Source: Candidatus Bathyarchaeota archaeon
Lineage (GTDB): Archaea > Thermoproteota > Bathyarchaeia > 40CM-2-53-6
Assembly (NCBI GenBank): GCA_963833125.1
Contig: CAWHWX010000012.1
Span: 70,403-134,402, forward strand
Reading direction: 5' to 3'
Length of the DNA: 64,000 nucleotides
In this document: positions 36,254 through 45,948 of the stretch, in pieces
How the letters are laid out: every line of letters begins with the position of its first letter
Numbering within the stretch: position 1 is the stretch's first letter
The notes under the pieces: generated by a model
The model's database searches: none
The model's input: the letters and a program-made list of their open reading frames with translations, nothing else
Told to the model about the DNA's origin: nothing
Position numbers and translations under genes: made by a program

Positions 36254-37513
36254 ATGCCTGAAAAAGTCGTTCTAGCCTATTCCGGCGGTCTCGATACCTC
36301 CGTTATGATCCGCTGGATCAAAGAAAAATATGGATACGATGTCGTAACCGTAACCGCAGACGTCGGGCAAGCGGATGATCTCGCAGAGGTTGGGAAGAAA
36401 GCTAGACTGGTCGGAGCGATTAAGCACTATACCCTGGATTTGAAGCAGGAATTCCTGCAAGACTATGTATTCCCGGCAATCAAGGCTAACGCTCTCTACG
36501 AATCCAAATACCCCGTCAGCACAGCCCTCGCGAGACCGCTGATCGCCAAGAAACTCGTTGAGATTGCCCACAAGGAACACGCGCAAGCGGTTGCGCATGG
36601 ATGTACGGGAAAGGGCAACGACCAGGTTCGGTTCGAAGTTACCATCAAAGCCCTCGACCCGAAGCTGAAGATCATAGCTCCTGTACGAGAATGGAAACTT
36701 CCGAGGGAGCAGGAAATCCGTTACGCTGAAGAGCACGGCATCCCCGTCCCAGTCGACCTCGAAAACCCCTACAGTGTAGACCAGAACATCTGGGGGCGCT
36801 CGGTCGAGTGCGGAATACTTGAGAACCCAGCCATCGAACCACCCCAAGAAGCATACGAATGGACCAATTCACCCGAAAACGCTCCCGCAACCCCTGAATA
36901 CTTCACCATCGAGTTCGAGAAGGGCGTTCCGATAGCCGTTAACCTAAGGCATCTCAACCCCGTCGACCTAATCAAGAAACTCAACTATATCGGCGGAAAG
37001 CACAGCATTGGCCGAATCGACCACATTGAAGACCGTCTCGTCGGAATTAAATCCAGAGAAGTCTACGAATGTCCTGCAGCGACCATACTGATCGAAGCCC
37101 ATAGGGAACTGGAGAAACTCGTGCTGACGAGGCATGAGGTATGGTTCAAACAGAAAATTGACACGGAGTGGACGAACCTCGTATACACTGGACTTTGGAA
37201 CGACCCACTCAAAGAAGATCTTGACGCCTTCGTCGAGCAAACTCAAGAACACGTTTCGGGGGAAGTCAAGTTGAAGGCTTACAAAGGCGCTGTCACTGTG
37301 GTCGGGAGAACTTCGCCTATGTCACTATACGATACGGCGCTCGCAACCTACGGTGCATCTACTACATTTGACCAAACATGGTCCAATGGATTCATTGAGA
37401 TCTGGGCAATGCCAACGGTCGTAGCGAACGCTCGAAAACGGGAACATTCCAACAAGCCAATGCAGTACAAAGTCGCTGCGAAGGCGACCACGCAAGCGCG
37501 TAAGGCAAAGTAG
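36254..37513 (+). CDS. argG: argininosuccinate synthase
   Basis: VVLAYSGGLDTSV...GCTGKGNDQVRFE. Confidence 0.95.
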   Translation: MPEKVVLAYSGGLDTSVMIRWIKEKYGYDVVTVTADVGQADDLAEVGKKARLVGAIKHYTLDLKQEFLQDYVFPAIKANALYESKYPVSTALARPLIAKKLVEIAHKEHAQAVAHGCTGKGNDQVRFEVTIKALDPKLKIIAPVREWKLPREQEIRYAEEHGIPVPVDLENPYSVDQNIWGRSVECGILENPAIEPPQEAYEWTNSPENAPATPEYFTIEFEKGVPIAVNLRHLNPVDLIKKLNYIGGKHSIGRIDHIEDRLVGIKSREVYECPAATILIEAHRELEKLVLTRHEVWFKQKIDTEWTNLVYTGLWNDPLKEDLDAFVEQTQEHVSGEVKLKAYKGAVTVVGRTSPMSLYDTALATYGASTTFDQTWSNGFIEIWAMPTVVANARKREHSNKPMQYKVAAKATTQARKAK

Positions 37514-37583
37514 AACGCCTCCACGCTGGCACCCAAGGGTCGTGTTCGCTAGACTAGTCGTTAATTTTGATGGAGGTGAGCGG

Positions 37584-37757
37584 ATGTCTATTGAAAAATG
37601 TGTTGATTGCGAAGCTCAAATTACTGTCCCAGATGACGCGGTGAATGGGGAGGTTGTCACCTGCCAAGACTGCGGGCTAGACTTCGAGGTCGTAGTCACT
37701 CCACAAGGCCGCTCGATCAAACCAGTCGTGATTGAGAAAGAGGACTGGGGTGAGTAA
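37584..37757 (+). CDS. lysW: LysW amino-group carrier protein
   Basis: GGAGGTGA (37572-37579), then ATG. MSIEKCVDCEAQITVPDD...VTCQDCGLDFEV is a zinc ribbon, and the C-terminus is EKEDWGE. Confidence 0.9.
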   Translation: MSIEKCVDCEAQITVPDDAVNGEVVTCQDCGLDFEVVVTPQGRSIKPVVIEKEDWGE

Positions 37758-37778
37758 GTAACGGTCAAGGTTGGTCTG

Positions 37779-38615
37779 GTGTACGATCAGTTAAGGCCTG
37801 ACGAGCGGCTCATCATAGATGCAGCAAAACGCGATGGCATAGATCTTGTGCTCTATGACACGAATCAACTCGCATGGGACGTCACAACTGAGAACGACGG
37901 AATCGTACTAGCGGACGCTTTCCTTCAACGTTGCATGTCATTCTTCAGGAGTATACATGTGACCGCCACGTTGGAAGCGAGAGGCAGACCCGTCGTCAAC
38001 TCCTACAAGGCAGCCTCAACCTGCGGAAACAAACTTATCGCATCGATATGCCTCAGTCGCACGAAGATTCCAACCCCACGAACATTCCTCACCTTCACCC
38101 AAGAAGCGTCACTCAAGGCATTGGAGCAACTAGGTTATCCGGCAGTGGTAAAGCCGATTGTGGGAAGTTGGGGAAGGCTCGTTGCACAAATCAAGGACCC
38201 TGAATCGGCAGTTGCAATCCTTGAACCAAGAGAGTACATGCACCCCGTCCAACAAGTCTACTATCTGCAGGAGAAAATTAAGCGCCCCGAACGCGACATC
38301 CGGTGTTACGTGATCGGCGATGAAGCCGTCGCCGCCATTTACAGAAACGCCCCGCCAGACGATTGGCGAACTAACACGGCGCGGGGAGGCGTTGCTGAGA
38401 ATCTGGCAGTAACTCCTGAACTGGCAGAACTTAGCATAAGGGCCGCTCAAGCTGTCGGGGGTGGTGCTTTCGGCGTAGACTTGATGGAAACTGAGTCCGG
38501 CTTCGTTGTTCACGAAGTAAACCACACTACCGAATTCAAGAACACTGTTCGGGTGACGGGGATCGACATTCCGAAGCTGTTACTCGAGTATACGATTCGG
38601 CAGGCCAAGAAATGA
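37779..38615 (+). CDS. lysX: LysX/ArgX ATP-grasp ligase (RimK family)
   Basis: ATP-grasp motifs are present. The first canonical start is GTG 37779, but the conserved-looking N-terminal strand VTVKVGLVYD extends upstream to the lysW stop, so the start is uncertain. Confidence 0.85.
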   Translation: MYDQLRPDERLIIDAAKRDGIDLVLYDTNQLAWDVTTENDGIVLADAFLQRCMSFFRSIHVTATLEARGRPVVNSYKAASTCGNKLIASICLSRTKIPTPRTFLTFTQEASLKALEQLGYPAVVKPIVGSWGRLVAQIKDPESAVAILEPREYMHPVQQVYYLQEKIKRPERDIRCYVIGDEAVAAIYRNAPPDDWRTNTARGGVAENLAVTPELAELSIRAAQAVGGGAFGVDLMETESGFVVHEVNHTTEFKNTVRVTGIDIPKLLLEYTIRQAKK

Positions 38616-39664
38616 TAAGCGTCTCCGTGATGGGCGGGTCAGGGTATGTAGGGGGCGAGCTGCTACGTTTACTCCTTACCCATCCAAACTGCGAAGTCCA
38701 GGCAGTCACCTCGCGGCGGTACGCCGGAGAACCACTCTTTCGAGTTCACCCTAACCTCAGAAACGTAACCGCGCTCAGATTCCAGAAAGAGGGGTTGGAG
38801 ACTGCTATTGCTGGAAGCGACGTTGTCTTTACCGCGCTGCCACATGGAAAATCCATTGAAGTCGTTCCACAACTGCTCGAGCGAGGGGTGAAAGTGATAG
38901 ATCTCACAGCAGATTTCCGACTGAAGGATGCCAAAGCATACGAGGAATACTACGGATTTAATCACCCTCGTCCGGACCTCTTGGAGAAGTCGGTCTACGG
39001 GCTACCCGAACTTCACCGAGATAGAATAAAGTCAGCGCAACTCGTTTCGGTACCGGGTTGCATGGCTACCGCGGCAATCCTGAGCCTCGCTCCAATTGTG
39101 GGAAGAGGATGGATTGATCTGAACAGAATCGTCATTGATGCGAAAATCGGCTCCTCAGGTGCCGGAGCTACTCCGACAATTGCAAGTCACCACTCCGAAC
39201 GCGCAGGGGGTGTCCGTCCGTACAAGGTTACAGGACACCGGCACATCGCAGAGATTGAGCAGGAGCTTGACAAGGTCGCGGATAAGATACTTCATGTTTC
39301 ATTCACTCCTCACGCGGTGAACATGATCCGCGGCATCCTCTCCACCTCACACACCTTCATGACCAGTAGCTTGGAACCTCGAGATGTCTTCAAGGCATAT
39401 CGAACAAAATGCGAATCAGAACCCTTCATCAGGATCGTCTCAGACAAGAAAGGCCTTCACGGGTTACCCAATCCAAAAGTTACGGTCGGTACAAACTATT
39501 GTGATGTAGGATTCGAGATCGATGCGCATTCACAGAGACTGATTCTCTTCTCTGCCCTAGATAATCTGACGAAGGGGGCTGCCGGGGCGGCGGTTCAGTG
39601 CTTCAACCTAATGTCAGGCCTCGATGAGAAAACCGGCTTGAATCTCGTGGGCTTACACCCTTAG
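38612..39664 (+). CDS. lysY: LysY/ArgC [LysW]-aminoadipyl/glutamyl-phosphate reductase
   Basis: VSVMGGSGYVGGELLRLL...VSVPGCMATAA (catalytic Cys). ATGA overlap with lysX. Confidence 0.9.
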   Translation: MISVSVMGGSGYVGGELLRLLLTHPNCEVQAVTSRRYAGEPLFRVHPNLRNVTALRFQKEGLETAIAGSDVVFTALPHGKSIEVVPQLLERGVKVIDLTADFRLKDAKAYEEYYGFNHPRPDLLEKSVYGLPELHRDRIKSAQLVSVPGCMATAAILSLAPIVGRGWIDLNRIVIDAKIGSSGAGATPTIASHHSERAGGVRPYKVTGHRHIAEIEQELDKVADKILHVSFTPHAVNMIRGILSTSHTFMTSSLEPRDVFKAYRTKCESEPFIRIVSDKKGLHGLPNPKVTVGTNYCDVGFEIDAHSQRLILFSALDNLTKGAAGAAVQCFNLMSGLDEKTGLNLVGLHP

Positions 39665-40480
39665 TGATTTCCATGGTTATCGTTGTAAAAGTCGGAGACA
39701 AAGTAATGGGCGACGCCTTCTCAGAAACTGCACTAACTGATTTCGAGGCTCTGACGCACCAGACGGCGACTGTTTTAGTCCACGGAGGGGGCAATACGGT
39801 TACAAGTGTCGCGGAGAAACTCGGAGTACATCAGCAATTCGTAACTTCCCCTGAAGGTTTCAGGAGCAGATACACGGACGCTGAGTCCATGCAGGTCTAT
39901 ACTATGGTTATGGCAGGGAGAGTCAACAAACAAATCGTCATGCAACTCCTCAGCAGAAAGATTCCAGCGGTCGGCCTTTCGGGGTTAGATGGCAGCATAA
40001 TACGGGCGGAAAGAAAGAGAAAGCTGATCATTAAGGATGAGCGAGGCCGGAGGAGAGCGATAGATGGAGGATACACCGGTATGATTACGCATACTGACGG
40101 AACTCTTTTGAGAACTTTGATCAGCAGTGGCTACGTTCCAGTTATAGCACCAATAGCACTCGGCTCCGATAATGAACCTCTGAACATCGACGGTGACAGA
40201 ACAGCAGCACATATCGCTGCAGCTCTGCAGGCTGAAATTTTACTTCTCATAACAGATGTGGAGAGGCGTCTCTCTGGAGTCAGGTGTCGTGCGTCACCTG
40301 AATGCTGAGGAAGCGAAGAAGGACCTGCCAAAGCTCGGACCGGGAATGATTACCAAGGTTTACGCTGCGCTCGAAGCACTTTCGAAAGGAGTCGGCAAGG
40401 TTGTGGTGGCTCCAGGCACGGGCACAGCTCCATACACAGCCGCAATCAATGGGGAATCCGGGACTTTGATCACGGCATGA
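39664..40480 (+). CDS. lysZ: LysZ/ArgB [LysW]-aminoadipate/glutamate kinase, interrupted by one frameshift
   Basis: Fragment 39664-40308 (VVKVGDKV...VLVHGGG...) continues in fragment 40256-40480 (GVSLESGVVRHL...). The junction is near 40264. Confidence 0.85.
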
Positions 40481-41676
40481 CTGAGCCGGATGCACGTACA
40501 ATTGAAGACGCGCACTATGCAAAGTACTATGCACGCAAGCCAGTTACGATAGTTCGCGGAAAGGGAGTGCTGCTATACGACGATGTTGGTAGAGAATACG
40601 TTGACCTGACTGGAGCCTACGGCGCTTGCATCGTGGGCCACGCACATCCACGCGTCGTAAAGGCGATAGCCGATCAAGCCCAGAAGCTTATCGCATGCCA
40701 CGGCTCAGTGTACAATGACGCTCGAGCAGAATTCACCTCAAGACTAACCAATATTCTACCCTCGGGCCTCGAGAGAATATTCGTAAGCAACAGCGGCACC
40801 GAGGCTGTCGAATGCGCAATCAAAGTCGCGCGGAAATCCACCGGAAAAAGAAAGATCGTAGCCGTCAAGGGTGGGTTTCACGGTAAGACTCACGGAGCAT
40901 TGTCGGCCACTTGGGACGCTAAATACAGGAAAAGTTTCGAACCTCTCGTCCCAGGCTTCGTTCACATCCCCTTCGACAACGTCGAAGCCGCCAAAGAAAC
41001 TATCACTAACGACACTGCTGCAGTTCTGGTTGAGCCCGTCCAGGGGGAAGGTGGAATCCGGGTCCCTTCGAAGAGCTGGATGAGTCTCTTGCAAGATTTG
41101 GTTCATGATGCGGGTGGGTTGCTCGTGGCAGACGAGATTCAGACTGGATTCGGCCGAACTGGAAAATTGTTCGCTTCCGAACATTTAGGAATGCAGCCAG
41201 ACATCCTTTGCCTAGGAAAAGGCGTCGCAAGCGGATTACCGATTGGGATAACCGCAGCTAACTCAGAGACAATGGGCTCACTCTCCGTCGGAGAACATAC
41301 GAGCACGTTCGGAGGAAACCCTGTCGTATGCGCCGCCGGATCCGCCACCATCGACGTTCTGTCTGATGAACGATTGGTGGATAACGCGGCGAAAGTTGGG
41401 GAATATTTCAAGAATGGTCTTCTGCAGTTGATGAATGCTCATCGGATAATCAGAGAAGTTCGGGGCCTCGGCCTTATGCTGGCCATTGAGACACGTTTTG
41501 ACGTCCACCAAATTATCCTAGACGCCTTACAGCAAGGAGTTTTGATGCTCGATGCTGGACGAAACATTCTCAGATTTCTACCACCACTCTGCATCCAACC
41601 AGAGCACGTAGATCGAGTTCTTGGCGTTCTTCCGAAGGTCTTGGAGAAAGAGGAGCTTGCAAAGTTATCCGGTTAA
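40477..41676 (+). CDS. lysJ: LysJ/ArgD class-III aminotransferase
   Basis: SNSGTEAVE...DEIQTGFGRTGK...STFGGNP. ATGA overlap with lysZ. Confidence 0.9.
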   Translation: MTEPDARTIEDAHYAKYYARKPVTIVRGKGVLLYDDVGREYVDLTGAYGACIVGHAHPRVVKAIADQAQKLIACHGSVYNDARAEFTSRLTNILPSGLERIFVSNSGTEAVECAIKVARKSTGKRKIVAVKGGFHGKTHGALSATWDAKYRKSFEPLVPGFVHIPFDNVEAAKETITNDTAAVLVEPVQGEGGIRVPSKSWMSLLQDLVHDAGGLLVADEIQTGFGRTGKLFASEHLGMQPDILCLGKGVASGLPIGITAANSETMGSLSVGEHTSTFGGNPVVCAAGSATIDVLSDERLVDNAAKVGEYFKNGLLQLMNAHRIIREVRGLGLMLAIETRFDVHQIILDALQQGVLMLDAGRNILRFLPPLCIQPEHVDRVLGVLPKVLEKEELAKLSG

Positions 41677-41690
41677 ATTACTTGGAGAAA

Positions 41691-42787
41691 ATGCTGGAAC
41701 TCTACAGCCCGAGCGGATCTGAAGCCGAGCTAGCTGAATTCCTTCGCAGGGAAATGCAATCAAAGGGCTTCGCGGCGCGAAGATTGACGAAGCTGGGAAC
41801 GTAGTTGGCGTTCTTGGCAACGAAGGTCCGCGGATTCTACTGTGCGGACATATGGACACGGTTCCTGGCCGGATACCGATTCGACAGGACGCTGATCTGC
41901 TCTACGGCCGGGGCGCCGTAGACGCCAAATCGTCCTTGGCAGCGATGATCGTTGGCGCTGCTCTCGCTAAGGAAAGAAGTTCATACCCTTTCCAAGTTAC
42001 CGTAGCGGCCGTCGTGGAGGAGGAGACGAGCAGCAAGGGCATTCGTGCGATAATTGATGATCAAACTCAGTACGCGATGGCGGTATTCGGAGAACCGAGC
42101 GGCGTTTCAAACATGATCATCGGATACAAGGGAAGCCTCAAACTGCACGTGACCTTCACTACTAGCGGAGGCCATTCGGCTTCACCTTGGCTCTCGGCCA
42201 GCAGCTACGAGGAATCAAGCTTGTTCTGGAGAGCGTTTGAAAAAAGAATTCTGAAGACCAAGTCTCAATCCAAGTTTGATACTGTAACCGGTTGCGTCAC
42301 CCGCACGGAAGCAGGTGAGTTAGGAAACAGCGTGCCGACACACGCGACCTTAGATGTTGATCTCAGAATCCCGCCTGCGCTGTCGCTGAACGATCTGGTT
42401 GCCAAAATTAATGAATTTACAAACCGGTACAATTCAACTCGAAAAGATGTGAAGATCCAGGTAGGTTTCGAGGACCCAACCGAAGCTTTCCTCGGTTCTC
42501 CCAATTCCACCGCGGTCTCAGCTTTCCGGTGGGCCATTAGGAAGATGAAAGGCGGCCAGGTTGCCATGGTGAAGAAGACTGGCACAAGCGACATGAACCT
42601 CTTTGTCCAACGCCAGAATATCCCCATGTTTGCCTATGGTCCAGGGGATTCGAGGTTTGATCACACTGAGATTGAACATGTGAGAATCTCGGAGTACTTA
42701 GGATGTATCGAAGTCTACGCCCGCGCTCTCCCAAGGTTCGTTGAAAAAGCCAGCAGCTCACCACTCCTACCAGCTCCCACACAGTGA
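41691..42787 (+). CDS. lysK: LysK/ArgE M20 deacylase, interrupted by one frameshift
   Basis: The N-terminal 37 codons (MLELYSPSGSEAELAEFLRREMQSKGF, 41691-41804) continue in another frame as AKIDEAGNVVGVLGNEGPRILLCGHMDTVPG...GRGAVDAKSS (to 42787). Confidence 0.8.
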
Positions 42788-42793
42788 CCTCAG

Positions 42794-44248
42794 ATGTCGT
42801 CTGTTCTGAAGGGTGGCCGGTTAAGACGAACACGAAAAGATGTAGTGCATTTTATTTCATCACTTGAATCCGACAAGCGAATAGCATTATCAACAGTCCT
42901 GGTCAACGAGGCGCACGTGATTGCGCTCGCCAAATCTGGCACTATTGAGAAGCCTAAGGCTCGCAGAATTTTGAGGGCACTGAGAAGCCTTGAAGGTTAC
43001 AATTTTCCTGAGCGAAACGCGGAAGATGTTCATGTGGTGATTGAGGATTCTGTCACGAAACGTACGGGTAGAGAGGTGGGAGGTCTTCTTCATCTCGGCA
43101 AGAGTCGGAACGACCAAGTCGTTACGGCCATAAGAATGACTCTCCGTAACGAGATAATCGAACTCTCGGACCAAATACTTGCTCTCGAATTCTCAATCCT
43201 GAACTCGGCGAAGAAACATGTCGCTACTGTATTCCCAGGCTATACCCATCTTCAGCCGGCGCAGCCAATCAGTTTCGCTCATTATCTGCTTGCAAACTGC
43301 GCTTCTTTGTCGAGGGACGTGGATCGGCTAACCGAGGCTTACTTTAGAGTTAATCGTTCTCCGATGGGTGCCGCGGCGTTGGCTGGAACAAGTTTTCCGC
43401 TGAATCGGCGGTTGATCGCGCGTCTGCTTGGTTTTGATGGGCTTGTGGAGATTTCTTTGGACGCGGTTGGCGGTCGAGACTTTGCCTTAGAGGTTCTGGG
43501 AGGCTGTGCCCTTTTGGCTTCAGATCTCTCCCGTATCGCAACAGATCTAATCTTCTACAGCTCAGCGGAAGTCGCGCTCGTATCGATTCCAGACGAGTTT
43601 GCCTCGACGAGTAGTATCATGCCTCAAAAGAAGAACGCTGACCCACTAGAGCTAACCCGTGCAAAGTGCGCGAAAATCGCAGCTAATTTCAATTCAGGTC
43701 TCTCAATAATGCATGGCCTGCCCTCAGGATACAATCTCGACTACCAGGAGCTAACGCCTCTTCTCTGGGAATCGATTGATGAACTCAAAGCCTGCCTGCG
43801 AATTCTCACAGAAATCATATCTAGGATAACCGTCGACCGTAAGTTGTCGAGCAGGCGATACCTAGAATTCACAGCGGCAACCGAAATTGCCAACCTCCTA
43901 GTAAGAAAGGAACATTTACCCTTCAGAACCGCCCACCATCTCGTTGGTTCAGTTGCACGATCAGCCCTTAGTCAAGGCATGACATTCAAAGACATGAAGC
44001 GATCAGATTGGGAACGAGCCCTAGGAAGGTCAATCAGCTCTCGCACGATGAGTTCAATCGGTGAGGCTTTGAATCTGGACCGGCACCTTCGCATGTATCG
44101 AACTAGCGGCAGCCCTAACCCACAAGAAACAAGGAGGCTTATCGCACAAGAGCTTCATTTGTGCGAGAAATCGCGCACACGTAACGCGCGATTACAGGCA
44201 AAGCTTCGAAAGGGCATGCAAGAGCTTCGGGCCGCCTCGAAGATATAA
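42794..44248 (+). CDS. argH: argininosuccinate lyase
   Basis: GYTHLQPAQP...TSSIMPQKKNADPLE is the fumarate-lyase signature. Confidence 0.95.
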   Translation: MSSVLKGGRLRRTRKDVVHFISSLESDKRIALSTVLVNEAHVIALAKSGTIEKPKARRILRALRSLEGYNFPERNAEDVHVVIEDSVTKRTGREVGGLLHLGKSRNDQVVTAIRMTLRNEIIELSDQILALEFSILNSAKKHVATVFPGYTHLQPAQPISFAHYLLANCASLSRDVDRLTEAYFRVNRSPMGAAALAGTSFPLNRRLIARLLGFDGLVEISLDAVGGRDFALEVLGGCALLASDLSRIATDLIFYSSAEVALVSIPDEFASTSSIMPQKKNADPLELTRAKCAKIAANFNSGLSIMHGLPSGYNLDYQELTPLLWESIDELKACLRILTEIISRITVDRKLSSRRYLEFTAATEIANLLVRKEHLPFRTAHHLVGSVARSALSQGMTFKDMKRSDWERALGRSISSRTMSSIGEALNLDRHLRMYRTSGSPNPQETRRLIAQELHLCEKSRTRNARLQAKLRKGMQELRAASKI

Positions 44249-44250
44249 CC

Positions 44251-45902
44251 TCAAAGATACTTCTTTTTCGTCATAACTACTACCACCGCCGCAACGATTA
44301 CGAACCCGGCTAAGATCTGCAACGCCTCCTGTTCACTTAAGAGCGGGGGCTGGTCGTTGGTGATTGGTAATCCGCTAATCGGGCTGAGCATTGTATCTAC
44401 TGGTGCATAATTGTCCGTGAGTGCCGGTGGGTTGTTCCCGGTAGGAGTGAAGTAGTTGGTTAGGTAGTCCTCCATACCCGGAACCTTCACTATCGTGCTC
44501 GTTGAGGCGAGTTCCTCAAAATCTGAGGCAGCTAAGTGATGAGTTGAGAGCGTGGCGACGATTATCACGTTTTGTGCGCTCGTGTCCGACGATCCTTCTA
44601 CTGCGAACGTGTAGACGTTTGGAAATACTTGGCCAATCGTTGTGGTTTCGGCGGTGAGTAACTGATCGTTACTAGAGGTTGTTCCCGAGATTAGGTTTGA
44701 GATCACGATACCGTTAGAGGTTAGGTGGGAGTCGATGAGTTGGAAGAATTCTAGGGTCATTAATTGGAATGGGACGTAGGTCCTGGAATAAGCGTCGAGC
44801 ACGATGAGATCGTATCTTTGCTGAGTGCTTTGAAGGAATACTCGACCGTCGTTGATGTAGATGTGAAGCCTTGGGTTGCTGGCGTTCACCGCGAAATATT
44901 GTTCTGCGACCTGCACAACCTCAGGGTCGATCTCAGCGACATCAACGGTCACGTTTGGATAATCTCTCAGGAATGCTTTCGGGCCCGTAAAACCGCCTCC
45001 ACCAATGAATAGGACGTGAGTTATGTTCGGGTTAAGCAGTAGTCCGACGTGGAAGTAGTCAGTGTAGGGAAAGACGGTTCGGTTAGGATTTTGTAAGTCC
45101 ATCGCACTGTGCAGGTTATCATCCATTATCAGATAGCGCGTCGTGGAGTGGGTTGACGGGTCATATGCGTCTGCGACAATGAGATGATGGTAAGGAGTGT
45201 CGGTTTCGTAGATTGTGTCACCCAAAGCCAACGTGTAGGTGGCAACTGTCAGTTGGCGGTTAACCATGTAGGGCGCAGCGAACGGGAGGATGATTAGGAT
45301 GAGGAGGACGAGGAACTTGAAGCGATAACTCAAACCAAGAAACGCAACGACCAGTAACACAATTCCCAACACAAAGATGATCTTGTTAACTCCAAAAAGT
45401 GGAATGAGGAGGAAAACGGTCAGAAACACGCCTATGATGCTCCCTACGGTCGAGAGAGCGTAAAGATTCCCAGAGGCTCTGCCTAATGTTTCAAAGCTCT
45501 CAGCTACCAACCGAATAGCATACGGCGAAACCATGCCCAGAAGGACGCTCGGCGGGCCTAGCAATAGGGTCGTGGCGAGTAGAGGAGCATAACGCTCGCC
45601 GAGATTCAACCTTATCGCAAGGTCGAAGAGGGGAGGGGCGATCGCAGGAAGCGCCAGAACCATTAAACCTGCAATGAAGATTACGATTGATAGTACGTTG
45701 AAGTTGGGCTTGATGTCGGCCAGTTTCCCGCCCAAATAGTAACCCGCGCTAAGCGCTGACAACACCACACCAATCAAACTGCCCCAAACGAAAATCGAAC
45801 TTCCGAACACTGGCGCCAGCAGCCTACTCCCAAGAGTTCAAGCGCCATCACCACAGCGCCCGAAACGAAGACCGAAATAAGCAAGCGAAGTTGGCGTGGC
45901 AT
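44251..45902 (-). CDS. spermidine-synthase-like aminopropyltransferase fused to an N-terminal multi-TM domain; one frameshift near the 5' end
   Basis: VLFIGGGGFTGP...DLIVLDAYS. The first ~31 codons (ATG 45902, MPRQLRLLISVFVSGAVVMALELLG) are in another frame. Restoring one G in a GGG run gives LELLGSRLLAPVFGSS. Confidence 0.75.
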
Positions 45903-45948
45903 TCAGATTCCAGTCAAGAAATTGGATTGGAGCGAATCTTATCTACGG

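Noticed and set aside
37755-37781. Possible stop-codon readthrough fusing LysW to LysX (same frame, single TAA)
   Set aside because: LysW function depends on its conserved C-terminal EDWGE tail being the protein end. The in-frame arrangement is more simply explained by tight coupling and an uncertain lysX start codon.
36272-41511. Numerous antisense or alternative-frame ORFs inside argG and lysX/Y/Z/J (e.g. 36272-36847, 38130-38525, 40756-41184, 41139-41411)
   Set aside because: The plus-strand frames encode strongly conserved enzymes with their signature motifs. The shadow ORFs have low-complexity, Arg/Ser/Pro-rich composition typical of non-coding frames.
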